A stretch of DNA of 64,000 nt, from positions 248,001 through 312,000 of the forward strand of contig FLMG01000265.1 of NCBI GenBank assembly GCA_900088475.1, in the 5' to 3' direction. Positions 40,251 to 53,100 of this stretch are shown piece after piece (positions within the stretch are counted from its first letter, which is position 1; each line of letters begins with the position of its first letter). Position numbers and translations under genes: made by a program. Under the pieces are notes generated by a model that did no database searches, was not told where the DNA came from, and worked only from the letters and a program-made list of their open reading frames with translations. Source of the DNA: Hyphochytrium catenoides (Eukaryota; Protista; Hyphochytriomycota).

Positions 40251-41299
40251 TTGGATCCTATTTTAAAGCCCCTCTAAAGGCTTGTTCAGCAGACCCATCG
40301 TTGCCTCTCTGTCACCTTAGGGCAGCGAGTTCCCGTGGCTGCCTCAATAGCGTCTAGACCTACGCTGCTGAAGCTAGGGCAGAGCTCCAGATTAGGCCGT
40401 GTTCACTCGGCCGGCCGGATATCCCCCATAGATGCGCCATATACTCGTACCTTTGTCTCCTCTAGCTTCAGTGAGGAGGTTGGAAGCCTTCATTCTTCTT
40501 TCAGTCTTTCATCTGTCCCGAGGTCTCCCTGTCCTAGTCCGTCTTCTGTTAATCTGGTTCCCTCTATACCTCTCTTACGGCTCTCTGTCTCTCTCCTTTA
40601 GCTATCTCTCTGTCCTCCATTTCCCGTGGTTACTTTGCCGCCTTCTTTGGCGAGCTGCTTGGTTCTGCCTCGTCATCTCTCTTCCCCCCTCCTTCCTTGC
40701 CACATGGTGAACGACTAAAGCTGCTCACCTCTTTCTCTTCTCTCTCTCTCTCTCTGTCTGTCTGCGGTCTGTGTCTGTGTCCGTCTTTCTCTCTTTCTTG
40801 TGTCGCTGACTCTCCACTAGCTGTCTCTCCTCTTTCTGTCTCTCCGTCTTTCTCTCTCTCTTATTCTCTGTCTGCCTTGCAGAAAAGAATTGATGCAAGG
40901 TGATCGATGAAACGGACCGTCGTAAACCAGTACGCTTACACATGGAATCATTCAGGATGAAACTTTTAGGGATTAGGAATAAAGATTGTTTACAGGTCGT
41001 TAGCGTCCTTGAGTCGGACGTTAACGGCCTCTCGTGCTTGAAAAGGAAAGGAAGCGAATCTGCAACTTCTCTTTTGAGCTCTCTCAGAGGTCATGCGAGC
41101 AGCGCTGCTCCGAAGTAGTCTTTGGCCTCTGATCCCTTGTGGACGTCTGATGCTTATTGCCCGCATTTCGTCGCTCAGGCCTCTTAAGACGTCTGAGAGC
41201 GAGGACTTTTACACCTGAGAAGCCGGTCACGATCGCGCTGGTGCTATGACAAGCTGAGGATTAGTCGTTCAGTCTCAGTGCCTTTTTATAATAACGTTC

Positions 41300-43404
41300 T
41301 TATATTGCTTCCTCTATCCACCGCGTGTCGCTGCCTTTGAATTCTCTCTTCCTACTAAAGTAGAGCACTAGCTCAAAAGTCATAGATGTTATAGCACTCA
41401 GAAAACCCTTAGACGCGAGCTTTGGCCCTAAACCTCTAGCGAATGCGTAGATGCCTTCCTCCTGATAAAGAACCCGGAACCCATGGAGAAGGTTCTTGTA
41501 GCGTGTGGGAACGTTAGGATCGGGAGGACGATGTAGGTTTTCTTTTCCTATTTGGGGGACTCCAGCTGCAACCTCCACGGCAGCAGGTGTGGCTACATTG
41601 GGGACGCCAACCTGAAGTCGTGTCTTGACCACATCTAGAGGGTTGCAAACAATAGACGTGATAGTGCCCGCAATGTAACCTGACGCGAAGATCCTCGTAT
41701 GGTTCTTCCACGGTGGGCTGGTGACCTGTAAAGGGCATCAGATGTCATACTTATGAAGGAGGATGCCAGAGAATAATCGGCCCACAAGAGCATAGAGAAC
41801 CTTCACCGACCCTGGCCGTAGAGCAGTATTCAAGTTCACCGACCCTGGCCGTAGAGCAGTATTCAAGTTGAATGTGGCCCGCAAAGAATAAGTCACCCAA
41901 ACAAGGCGCTAATGCCAAGCAAAGGTGCAACTACAATATAGCAGAGTGTCTCCAGTTTGTTTTTTGCCCTACCGGAGCTCCTTCTTGGTGCGGCTCCGGC
42001 GTCACGGGAAAGCGTCGCCCAATGATAACCTTACTTCGTTCATAAACAGCCCACCAAACGCTTGACGCGAGTCCTGAGGTAACAGACGGTGAGAGTTTGA
42101 GAGTGTACAGCGGGACCGCGAACTACCCGCTACCAAGCATACCAGAGAAGAATACCAAACACGTCGACAACAAAAATGTACCAAGACCACATTCACTAAG
42201 TAAGAGCCTCAGATTCATCCAGGAGATGAGAAGCTCTTTTCCAGCGGATAAGGAGATCTCCCCCAGCGGATGAGAAGATTCTTGAGAGGAGAAATGCTTC
42301 AAAGAGCCTAGAAGCAAGGTCAGATGATGCCCACCGTAGAGCACCAGGGTCGCTCCAGCTCCCCGGTACAGAGCTCTGACTCCTTCCTCCTCTATGACTT
42401 TCTTCACCGCATACATTCCTCCTCGGTACTTGTTGCCATCTGCCTGAATCTTCTGCACGACGACATCCACCGGCACAGATGCTCCTAGACGAAGAGACGT
42501 GAACCAGCACACCATGTTGTCAATGCTGGTATCTCTTCTTAAGGCTTTTCTCTTCTTCCGTTGGACTTTCTTTGCCACCATCGCTATGTCAAGCACCTTC
42601 TTCGCATTCTCAAGTCCTCTACTTCCCTGACATTTACACTCACCTATGCTAGCGCCTTCAGCTATAAGACCCGCCAGAGACGGCACATAAGTAGTCTTCC
42701 AAGGGCTCGAAGAAGTTGGATCCCAACCAAGGGCATCTTTAGCGTAAATGTACGTCATTATGTAGATGGCATACGAGGGCACGTAGCTACACCAAGGTTA
42801 TCGAGAGAGAAGAGTGAGCCGTGATGGAAGCGTAACGCCAAAAGCCAGCGTAGAAACGAGTGTTGGGCCGCATTCCCATCGTAGATGAGAGTAAAGATAA
42901 GAGGATAAAAGCACCGACCAAACGAGAGCAAGATTCCTGGGAACGCCCGGGTGAATACATTCTTCTTACCCCAAAGAGCATGACCAGTAACCCTTGTACA
43001 AGCCTTTAAATCCGTCATTCTTGAGGACCCCTCGCAGCTGCTGTTTGGTAAGTTCAAAGGCACCAAGCCTAGAAGGACTAAGATTAGTCTAGTGCTCAAG
43101 CTAAACATTAGAAGTGGATCACTTGGAAGCAGGTGGAGAATAAATAGTCGCTGAGCGCTTCCTTCTAGAGAATGCGTTGCCAGCCTCATTCACTCCAGAC
43201 ATCCAAACGTCGTGGTCAATACCTAGTTGTGATGGTTCTGTCCACTTGCTCCTTGGTCTTCAGCAGAAAGAACGGATAAAAGACGGCATTTTCCACCACT
43301 GATAGACAGCTTGAGAGGACCATGAGTCGAGGCACGCTGAGCTCCTGCCATCGAACGTGATGCGGGTCAAATTTCGCACCATCGCTGTTTCGCTCCGGTA
43401 GCAT
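41300..43404 (-). CDS. Mitochondrial carrier family protein, SLC25A44-like
   Basis: Three carrier signature motifs: YPFFLLKTKEQ, VPVDVVVQKIQ, NPLDVVKTRLQ. Also EEG.RALYRG / EEGIYAFARG and SSVWWAVYE. Six exons. Confidence 0.88.
41802..41867. repeat. Perfect 33-bp tandem duplication in the last intron of the carrier gene
   Basis: ttcaccgaccctggccgtagagcagtattcaag occurs twice head to tail. Confidence 0.95.
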
Positions 43405-44334
43405 TGGGGGAAGAGGTTGAGACTCCCTGCTTGAGAAGTGGTGCTTGCACCTCCACTACTTACACCTAGGCACTGAAAACCCGTAGGAGCCGAAGTCGTC
43501 AGACGTACAATGCAACGGTTCAGCTACCTAAAAGACATGCTGTCCCAGCACGGCCCCTATACTTCAGTGAGATGGCCGGCGCAATGCGGTTATTCGAGAG
43601 CGACCTCTCTGTCAAAAGGAAGCTCACCAATCTTCCAGCACCAACCGAAGCACTGTAAGATGGTGGAGCCTAGATATACCTAGGACTAGCAATGAAAGCT
43701 TGAGAAGCGATAAATTATACGGAGTAATGCTAACAGGAGAAGCGATCCTGATGGCTGCTGTGAAGGGCGAGCGGCCTGTCAGTTGAGGGAGATGAGAAGC
43801 TCGCCGAAAGGGTAAGCGGCGATCCTCGTTCGAAGACAGTCGAGGACTGTGATGATGATCACTCATGGCTCGAGGATCAAGTGGTGGGTTTGTGCCTACA
43901 GGCTGCTTATCATAAGAGGTTGTAACGCCTTAGCTTTGTGTTAGAGCCGTGTGTTTGGCGTTATCAAGATATTGGAGCTCAGACAGGGGTTCTTTGCGAC
44001 GATTATTGGAGGCATGGCTCTACAAAGGCTAGAGATGACTGTCTATTACAGGCTTTTGTACCCATAATACGATAATCGTCGGAAAGGCTCGAGGCTGGGA
44101 GGCTTGAAGATCTGTGCTGACTGAGAATCCTTTGGTCAACCAAGGAGGTGAACATTGATTGATGAGTCTCCTTTGATCATTGTCATCGAGAACTGGGTCA
44201 GCTGCTCGCTCTTGCTGCCGGACAGAGGCCTCGTGGAGCCTGACTGTTGTTCGTCTATCTACCGGCGTGAGCTCTTTTTCTTTCGTTGAGACTCTGCGTG
44301 TTCGACCTAAGTAGGTGATGATAGTCAAGCTGTC

Positions 44335-45909
44335 ATGGCGACAGTAGGGCCAGACATGAGGGGCAAACCTTTGGTGGTGGTTGGAAGCATCAATGCTGAT
44401 ATCTACGCTGAGATCCAGCGCCTTCCCGGCCCAGGTGAAACGATCACCGGTCGAGGCGGCAATGTCCTAGCAGGAGGCAAGGGGGCCAATCAGGCGGCTG
44501 CAGCAGCGCGCCTGGGTTATCCGGTCAAAATAGTGGGACAGGTAGTAAGGCCAGTGCACATGCGTACTCTCTGCCATCAAGTATCTGACTGCAGCAGTGC
44601 TAACGTCAGGCTGGCAGGTTGGGGATGATGCTAATGGGAAGTTTCTTCTCTCGACGCTGCAAGAGTGTGGTGCAGATGTGACCAATGTCAGGACTGTCGA
44701 ATCCTGCCCCTCTGGCCAAGCGATTATACTGCTTCAGGCGGATGGAGATAACAGTATTGTCGTTATCGGTGGGGCAAATCGTGCCTGGAACGGGCTGCAA
44801 CCGTCTATAAAGCAAGTGATTCAAGAGGCCGGCTTGGTCCTTCTCCAGCGGGAAATACCGCCTGCTATCAATGAAGCTGTCGCAAAGGCATGTTGGGATG
44901 ACCTTAGGATAGCAACCAGCAACTCTCCTAATCAAGCACTCACTATTGCGCTGCGTGGTGTTATAGGTTGCGAAGACGAGTGGGGTCGGTGTTATCTTGG
45001 ATGCTGGAGGCTCGGACGAGAAGCTTAGCTCTGATTTACTGCACTCGCTGTCCATCCTGAGCCCCAACGAAACAGAACTAGCCAGTCTGACTGGCCGTAG
45101 CACAGGTAAAGTATATCCATGAGTTTGCCTTCCTGTGAGGCCAGAGTATTGACTGTTCCGCACGGCATAGACCGAGAAGAGGACGTAATAGATGCCGCTA
45201 AGGAGCTAATGGAAAGTCAGGTATGTCAAACTCCATGGATCAAGCAGCAGTAGTGGCCGTGACAGGACTCAGAAATACACCTTTTGATCTGAATAAAACT
45301 CTAGGGGTTAAACGAGGTGCTAGTCAAACTCGGAAGCCGTGGCTCGATGGTGGTTAGTAGGGGTTCAGATGACAACGTAGTACGGCAGAAGGCCTTCAAG
45401 GTGCATAAAGTAAGACAGACTCCCGTTTGTGGTGGTTGAGAGTCAAGACAGTGAATGAATGTCGACGTGATGGCCGTAGGTAGTGGACACGACAGGTGCA
45501 GGGGACTGCTTCACTGCGGCTTATGCAGTTGGACTGCTGAAGGGAAAAAGCGAGAGTGAAGCCTTAGAGTATGCATGTAAGAACCAGCTCTTACTTATTC
45601 TTTCCACCTTCCTCTACTCATGGGATCAGTAAAGATTGCTTACGCCTAGAGGCGCCATGATAAAATCCATCATTTGTTGCTGTTCTTGCGATATGCTTTA
45701 TCTTCTTCATGCTTGGTCCATTGCTGCCGTCTTCGCACTTCTGCATCCATTTCCTGTCCCGGTGGTGAATAACTAACGGCCTGTATGAAGCTGCGGCTGC
45801 TGCTTTGTGCGTTGGGAGGAAAGGCGCCATTCCTAGCATGCCGTCTGAACAGGAAGTCCAAGCCTTTCTTATCAACTATCATAAACAAAAAGAAGAAGGA
45901 ACCAGATAG
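44335..45909 (+). CDS. RBKS: Ribokinase (PfkB family)
   Basis: VVVGSINAD...LPGPGET...GGKGANQA; LLQREIP; SPNETEL; VKLGSRG; VDTTGAGDCF; GAIPSMP. Seven exons, including one predicted GC-AG intron (44888-44966). Confidence 0.93.
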
Positions 45910-46024
45910 GAGCTACGGAGTTGGTAGTGAGGAGCTTATCTTACATAAATTATGTACATTCGCTTTTGCGTGCTAGTTTACAATGCCTAGACCACAACTT
46001 AAAGTCTTCCCGAATAACCTCTCC

Positions 46025-46765
46025 TTATCGCAACGCTATGGAGAGATTCTCAGCAGGAATTTGTCGGTCTGATCTCATCTTTAGTGCTTCCGCCAGGTCC
46101 GGAACGCTGACGGGACACATGGCTCGATCTACGTCTACATCAGCGTATCCTAAGATAACATTACCATGGGCGAATGTGACGTGACGGCGAGGTTTACTAT
46201 CTTCACTTGAAGTCGTTGAACCCGAGCCGTCGTTTTTTCCTGAGCTTCTTCGTCTCTTTCTCGAGGCATGTGGCTCAATCGCAGACAGGATGTCATGCGC
46301 TCTCTTCCTGTACTTGATCCTATAGTTAAGAGCTTCTCTGCGAAGGTTGAGATAAGGGTGGCTCCCTGTGCTTGCCTCACTACTCGTTAGAGATGTATAG
46401 AAAGTCTGCAACGGGTCCCCAAGCTCCACCGTCGCACCTTCTTCTTTGAACAAAGCTTTCAACTTCTCTACCGCCATTTGAAGGAAGTCTCTAGCCCAGG
46501 TGGTTCTTCCCGGAAAGTGGGCGCAGATACTTGCTAGATGAGAAGCTAGCTGAGAAAAGAAACGCGGGTAGTCTTCTACCGTCTGCACCGACTTCACAAG
46601 GTACCTGAGGCTCTGGCTCAAGATACACTCTATGGGACTATCGTCAACAGTCATCTTAGCTGGTACCGTTGACTCAGTCGACATAACTGGATCCGGCGAA
46701 CCGTTCGAGCTCTGCAACTCAACACCGCCGAAGTGTCCTCCTCCCTGGCCATCGTCTTGCACCAT
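46025..46765 (-). CDS. Hypothetical protein with basic NLS-like segment and PP1-docking RVxF-PhiPhi-R-like string
   Basis: Intronless ORF from ATG 46765 (the ORF track starts at an upstream TTG). It contains RKRRRS and KPRRHVTFAHGNVILGYADVDVDR. Confidence 0.65.
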   Translation of the reverse strand: MVQDDGQGGGHFGGVELQSSNGSPDPVMSTESTVPAKMTVDDSPIECILSQSLRYLVKSVQTVEDYPRFFSQLASHLASICAHFPGRTTWARDFLQMAVEKLKALFKEEGATVELGDPLQTFYTSLTSSEASTGSHPYLNLRREALNYRIKYRKRAHDILSAIEPHASRKRRRSSGKNDGSGSTTSSEDSKPRRHVTFAHGNVILGYADVDVDRAMCPVSVPDLAEALKMRSDRQIPAENLSIALR

Positions 46766-47331
46766 CCTAGCCTTCCGTATGCTGCACTTCACCGTCGAAG
46801 GCAGGAATGACAACGATCTCTGGGATCTGTGATGGAAAGTTCTCAAGGAGAATCGGATTTACGGACCGTCTTGAATGTTATAACTTCACTTCGATTAAAG
46901 GAGTTCTTGGTATGCGGGCCTTTCAACTCTCTCAGATACCGAGTATCCGTGAAGACTGAGTGACTCCTCGTAAGCTCTCCAAAGACTCATTAATAGTGAT
47001 AGCGCCTCCGCCAGTCTGTCATCTAGAGACCTTGTAGCTGGTCTTTGTAGAGAGATTTGGCCGTTGTTAACGAGAGAGAGAAGAGAGAATAATACTTTTG
47101 CGCCGGCTGCTGTTGGCAGTTTGCGAGTCAGGTGCTGGTGTGCCTCCTATGCCCTATCCTTTCTGTATGCAACAGTCCAACAGTCTGTGGTCTTCTCCCC
47201 TCTCTCTTTCATATCTCTTGAAGTGTAGACTGTCCTATCTCCTCTCCTCATCTTGCTCCTTTTTCTGTTTCCCGACCTTGATATGCCTCTGTCTCACCAG
47301 GAGCGGGTGCAGTTGTGTTGTTTCCAAGGTA

Positions 47332-47412
47332 NNNNNNNNNNNNNNNNNNNNNNNNNNNNNNNNNNNNNNNNNNNNNNNNNNNNNNNNNNNNNNNNNNNNN
47401 NNNNNNNNNNNN
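47332..47412. other. Assembly gap (N run) followed by a CT-rich low-complexity tract to about 47670
   Basis: Run of n characters, then a polypyrimidine tract. Confidence 0.99.
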
Positions 47413-50136
47413 TCTCTCTCCTTTCTCTCTTTCTCTCTCTCCTCTCTCTTTTTCTCTGTCTCTCTCCCTCTCATCTCTCTCAACCCTGTTCTTCTCACGG
47501 TGTTCTATCTTGGATTTCTCTCTCTCTCGCTGTTTCTCCCGCATTCTCTCTGTCTTCACTCCCTATCTGCAGCTTTCTAGTGTTATTCTTGTTCTCTGTC
47601 TCTTCTCTCTCTTCTCACTCTTCCTCTCTCTCTTTTGTACTTTCTTCTTTCTCCGGCTCTCTCTCTTTGATGTTTGAGTTGCTCTCTGTCTGTTCACCGC
47701 CCTTCCCTATTTTTCCCTGTGGCTTGCTCTGTCTCTCACATGTCAGATTATTGCTGCCTCTGTCTCGCTCTCTCCTTGCTAGACGCGCTGCTCTAGAACT
47801 AGAACTACCTATCATGCCCCCCACCTCGTCTCTGGTGTACATGTGTACACGTACAGCACAACTGGTCACCAGACGACATCTCCATGGAATCTGTCTCCCA
47901 CCGTCCTTCCAGTTTCTACTTAATATACATGAATCAGCCGCTCTACATCATGACTCTGACTCACTCTGTCTTGTGCCCGTCAACGACAAGGACCCGAATC
48001 TTTGGGTTCCGCCGCCCCTGTATCGCTGACACTTCAACATCACCATGTTGTGCATAGGGAATAATAGTCCAGGACCCTGCAGTAAGAAGGGTCCCCATAA
48101 CTACTTCAGGAGCAGTAGTAATATCAGGTACCAATGCCCCTTGCTAGGTTTGACTTGTCAATTAGAGAGTGAATTGACATAAATGATGGGGGTGGTACTG
48201 TAGCGTTGATGGGAATAAGGCCTTAATTTAAGTCACTCTGTCAAATAAGAGGTCTATATTGAACTTTTTGCATTTTTGTGTTCTTATTACTGGGGAAAGG
48301 AACGTTTATAGAGAGGAAGAAACGACCAGGATTTTTTACTCGAGTCTGCCCAAAGATTCTCCTGGAACCTTCATCGTCTCTCCTCTCTCGCCATTTCCAT
48401 TGCAACCAAGCGTCATACCTTCAGAATCTTCGGATTGACATGAATCGTCACAGTCTTTATACTTCTAGGCTGGACTATCGTCATTTGGAAGACACTGCCG
48501 GAGGCTTATCGTCTCTAAGCAATGTATTGTATGCGTCATGGAGTAGCCAAGTTGCCGGCATAGAGTGCGGAGCTTCTGCCAGGCTTACTGGCGCTGCCGG
48601 AAGCTGTTCTTAAAAGATGAGCATAGCGGATGTCCACATTTTATCGCCAGGGCGACGGAAACGGGCTAGAGTTATTGGGAGCTAGCCACATGAAGAAGGC
48701 ACTTGTTGGACACTGCGGTGTTTTAATAGTCAAGGCTAGTTCGGGTGGTGATCCTATAGTGACATGAAGGTTGTGATCACAGCATGTAAGACTCTAATGA
48801 AGGAGTCAGTCCATATATCAAGGAGCCGGCGATCAAGCTAGTAAATCTTTGGCCCGGTTTGCAGGGCTCTGTAGTGAAGGAGTCATGCTTCTTGCTGAAA
48901 ACCACAGATTCTCTCAATTGGAGGGTGACCTAGTTAGGCAAAAGCAAACAACCCTGATAAGCCCCGGTTACCTAGAACACCTGCAACCTCGACGACAATC
49001 CTTGCCTAACCAGGACAGCAGAAGAAGGCCCCTTCTCAGGCAGCATGCTCTCTGAGTAGTGTTCACGCAGTACCGTCCCTATAACTTAAGGTAGTAGCCA
49101 GACAGGGATTGCGTTATTCGCGGCGGTACCCAAGAGCGCCAATGGGAGTAATGTCACTCGTCAGGGCGGCCGCCATCCTCCCTGTCGTCTATTGGATGCA
49201 AGGCATTATACACGCTTTCTACAGTCGCTCTCATTTTGTCATCAGTACTACGCTCAACGCTGGCTCTTTACTGGCTTGTAGCCCGTCAACAGATCCCATC
49301 TAGCCTTGGGAAGTACAAAGCGCTGAAGAGGAGGACTGAAACGTACATCTGGGAATACCTCTATTGCACTGTCTGTCTGTTTGTCCAGAAAGCTATGCCA
49401 CCGTCAGAGGCTGAGGGAGAGCCGCCTTTATACATCCTTTTGACATCCTTCTTGGATATCTTCACTTCCCAAACCTCCGTTACCGGCTATCTCAGTAACG
49501 GCCCGCTTTCTATATCGTCCTTTGGTTCTAACCACCAAGTGGTTCTTCCTCTCTCTGTCACTTCTTTCCTCTCCCTTCCTCCTTTCCTCTCCCTTCCTCT
49601 CTCTTTTCCCTCTCTCTTTCCAGGTCTGGTTCTGCTCTCTCATCCCCCAACCCGCATTGTCGCTTGCTTTCTCTGTGCAGCTTTGACTTAATCGTCTCGA
49701 ATCACCGCTCCTTTTTGCGTTTCTAACTTGTCAGAAGCCATACGGCTTGTGGAAGTCCCTTCTCCTTTCTTCCTCAACTCTGCGTCCTTTCTCCTTTTCA
49801 CTTGCTGGTCCAATGAAGGCAAGGTTGCCTGAGAAGCAATGGTGAAGGCTGAGGGAGGCTTGACTATCTTGGACGGGTGGTAGAGTCTCTGTTGCTTCTG
49901 TTCTCTTTGTATTCTATGTAGTCTCTCTTCCCTGCAACCTCCTAATGTTGCTGCCTTCATAAGCTTCCTATGTGTCTATCCCATTACCGGGCTGGCACAA
50001 GTAGGACAGACGGCAGAGTCTTTGCTTCTTTCACCAGCCTTGGGACCAGGCACACCGTGTGACGCGCACGTAACGTACCATGGAGCTTTGTCTACGTTAG
50101 GAAGTGGCATTTCTCACCGAGCTCGGGTTCCGAATT

Positions 50137-53100
50137 ATGAAGAGCACAACCAGAATAACATCATGCAGCAAACCTGTGTGAGTTAGCGGAGTTATACTCT
50201 GGGCCATAGGAACTCGCATTACCTGTATACAGTTCCGCTGTGTGCGCTTGCTTGGCTCTCTGTCTCTCTTTATCTTTCTCTCTTTCTTCTGTCTCTCTGT
50301 CTCTCTCTCTTAACGTAATCTTCTCTGTTCCTAGCTTTCTCCAACTCTTCACTTGCCTAGCTGCAAGGATTTTTGCTGTTCTTCTTGCTGTCTCCGTCAC
50401 TGTTGGTGGTCCTTGTGGTGCCTTCGTTATCATAGCTCTATTGACCCACTCACCTTGTCTGTTCCTGCATATCTCGGCCATCTCCCCGGGCCATTAGCCT
50501 AGCTCCTCCCCTGCATCGCCCAACGAGGAACAACTCCTCTAGCAGCTTGTCGAGCACTACTAGAAGCACAGGGCAGTTATCTCCAAAGGCTGAGGCTAGA
50601 GAAGAGGAGAATGTGAAGGAACTAGCTGCCGCTTGCCGACAGGTGTGGTCCCCGTGTCAATTGGGTCTTTCTTTGCTTCTCGCCCTGGCAAAGTGTGTCC
50701 AGTCTGAGAAAGTCTCTGTCTCTCAATCTTTCTTCATCTCGATGCTTCTGTCACTTTTGCTTTCTGCCCAGACTGGCTTTTGATAACTCAGTCCTCTCTC
50801 GCTCGCTCTTTGTCCTTAACCCCCTCTATCTCGCTCTCTCGCTCTCTCGCTCTTTCTCCTTTATTTGTCTCTCTGTGTCTCTCTTGTATTCTTTCTCTCT
50901 GTCTTTTTCTTCCTTATCTCTTGTAACTCTCGCTTTCGCTCACTCGTACTTTGTGCTGTCTGTGGCTAACCTCCTTTCACTTCCCCGCTATCTCTTTGGG
51001 ACGGCCTATCCAGCCTTGTCTGCTCTATGTTCTTTCTAGACAACTGCATTGTACCCATCATTCCTGACACTTCCTCTACTCTCTTCCCCTTCATCCCACC
51101 ACGATCTGGAGCTAGCTCTCGGGTCTCCTTCAACTGTACAAGGAGCCAGGCCAAACGGATGAGGACGTTGCGACTGGCAAAATGCGGAAAGAAGGCTCGT
51201 CCCTGTCAGCAGCTTCTTCAGTCTCTACCGCTCGAGCCATCAACAAGTTGAGAGGAACCGTAGAGGAGAGTAGGAGACACTCAAGATTTGAGCCACACCT
51301 CTCATCAAAAGTGGGACAAGCAGACATAGAGGCAGAGCTGATTCTCATCCAAGATGATAAGAAGGTTAGAGTTCATTACCCTTTCCCCTGGTCGCCGAGT
51401 CATCTCTTCCTCTCAGCCTTGGGTACACTCTCTCTCCCTCTCTCTCTCTTCCTCCCTCTATGCTTTCTTTCTCTGCTCTCTTTCTTTCTCTAAGTCTTCC
51501 CTCCCTCTCTCAGCCTTTTTCGTTCTGCCTTTCCTTTTCTCTTTGTGCTTTGTCATGTCTCTCATGTAGATCTTTCCTCCTCTTCTACCTCAGTCCTTTG
51601 AACCTGCCCCGTCATCGTTCGCTTTACTGGCTTCGTATGTTCACGGTAACAGGGCTCGAAGCTATTGACCTAAACAGCTCACCTAACCTATCTCCTTCCC
51701 TATGTTTTGCCCGTCATCCCTATGCAGCCCGCTAAAGAGAGAGAACGGGGACTGCTGAACCTAATTCAGTGCGTGCTGGAGTCTATCCGGCAGTGTACGG
51801 AAGGGGATGGCGAGCACAGCAATAACGACCCTTCTGTGCCACTTTCGCCTCGAGGTGAAAATGGCTCAACGACAAGGCTAGGCCAGGGCCAACTTTTTCA
51901 AAGTCTGGTCCGCCTTCTATCTATATCTGAATCCAGAAGAGCAGAGCTTGATAGAGATTTGATAGTCTCAAAGAAGGAGGTTCAGCATAGAATAGGAGAG
52001 GTGGAAAAGCTTCGAAATGAGCTGCAGATTTTCAAGGAGATCGTCAGGCAACATGGGCGGCCGGAACTCCTCCGAAGAAGAAGCGGAAGCCAGCTGAGTG
52101 ACGCTGTAACCAGGACACTGCAAGAGGTAAAGCAACTGCAAGGTCCTGCTAACCTTAGTAACGAAGAAAAGCCAAAGGAGGTGCGGAGCCCGCATTCGAA
52201 GGACGCTGCAGTGCAAGAAAGTACATTATCTTCTCCAAGACAGGTGCTAGAGACATCGGACGACGAGAGGGCGCGAGATGAGGAGCCAGTTATAGCGAAG
52301 GGGAAACCTGAAGATGAAGAAGACGGAAGCTCTGCCCTCCAGAGAGAGTTGGACAGCGTCTCAGCCACACAGGAAGTAGGGAAGGAGCACTCAAGGTCTT
52401 TTCAGCATCAGCTGATGCAAGACAGCAAGCAGGATATTGATGGAATCGGGTTCAAAGAGTCGCCGGAACCTTTGTGTCTTTCCTCCTCTTCCAGCTCTGA
52501 CGGAGTCAAGACTGTCTTGACCTCGACAACGTCGTCAGCTCTCGTTGTTCCTGATTCTCTCTCGTCTCGGGAGATTCCATCCGAGTCGTCCATTCAAGGA
52601 GATGATCTGCTAGCAACTCTAAGCGTAGAGCTCTCCATTGTGAAGTCTAAGCTGAGAGAGTCTATGGGCGAGCAGGCCTTCTTCCTCTTTATGACCGATG
52701 TGGCACGGAACCAGGGAAGTGAGGCTCAAGAGCTGTACGAGAGAGAAAGGAGGAAGCGCGTAGATTTAGAGAATGGCCTCCTCTCTCTGAGAAAACGAAA
52801 GGAGGTCCAAGATAGAGAGCTTCAGAACCTTAGAGAGAACTTTGACAGGTACAGCAAATAATCTGGGCAGATCGGTGGCTCTCAGACATACTTCTACCAT
52901 CTTCCCTGCTAAACATCTATCGTTGCTTCTTCCTCTATCTATGTCCTGCTGACTGCGCTCTCTGTCTCGCGTTTCTCACTGCTGTTTCCGCTGAACCACG
53001 GGGTTATTAGCACTCGGCAAAATGATCTCAAGCTCCTGCGCCAGGAGGTGGAGACGCTGTCACAAGCCCTTTCATCTGCAAGAGAAGAATCAGCTCTCCT

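Noticed and set aside
41802-41867. CRISPR-like repeat (33-bp unit)
   Set aside because: Only two abutting copies, no spacer, no cas genes, and it lies in a eukaryotic intron.
47098-48029. ORFs of 100-258 aa rich in L/S/F or R/E
   Set aside because: Translations of CT/AG low-complexity DNA that read through an N gap.
48030-50100. Possible retroelement remnant
   Set aside because: No RT, integrase or transposase motif, LTRs or terminal repeats could be identified by eye.
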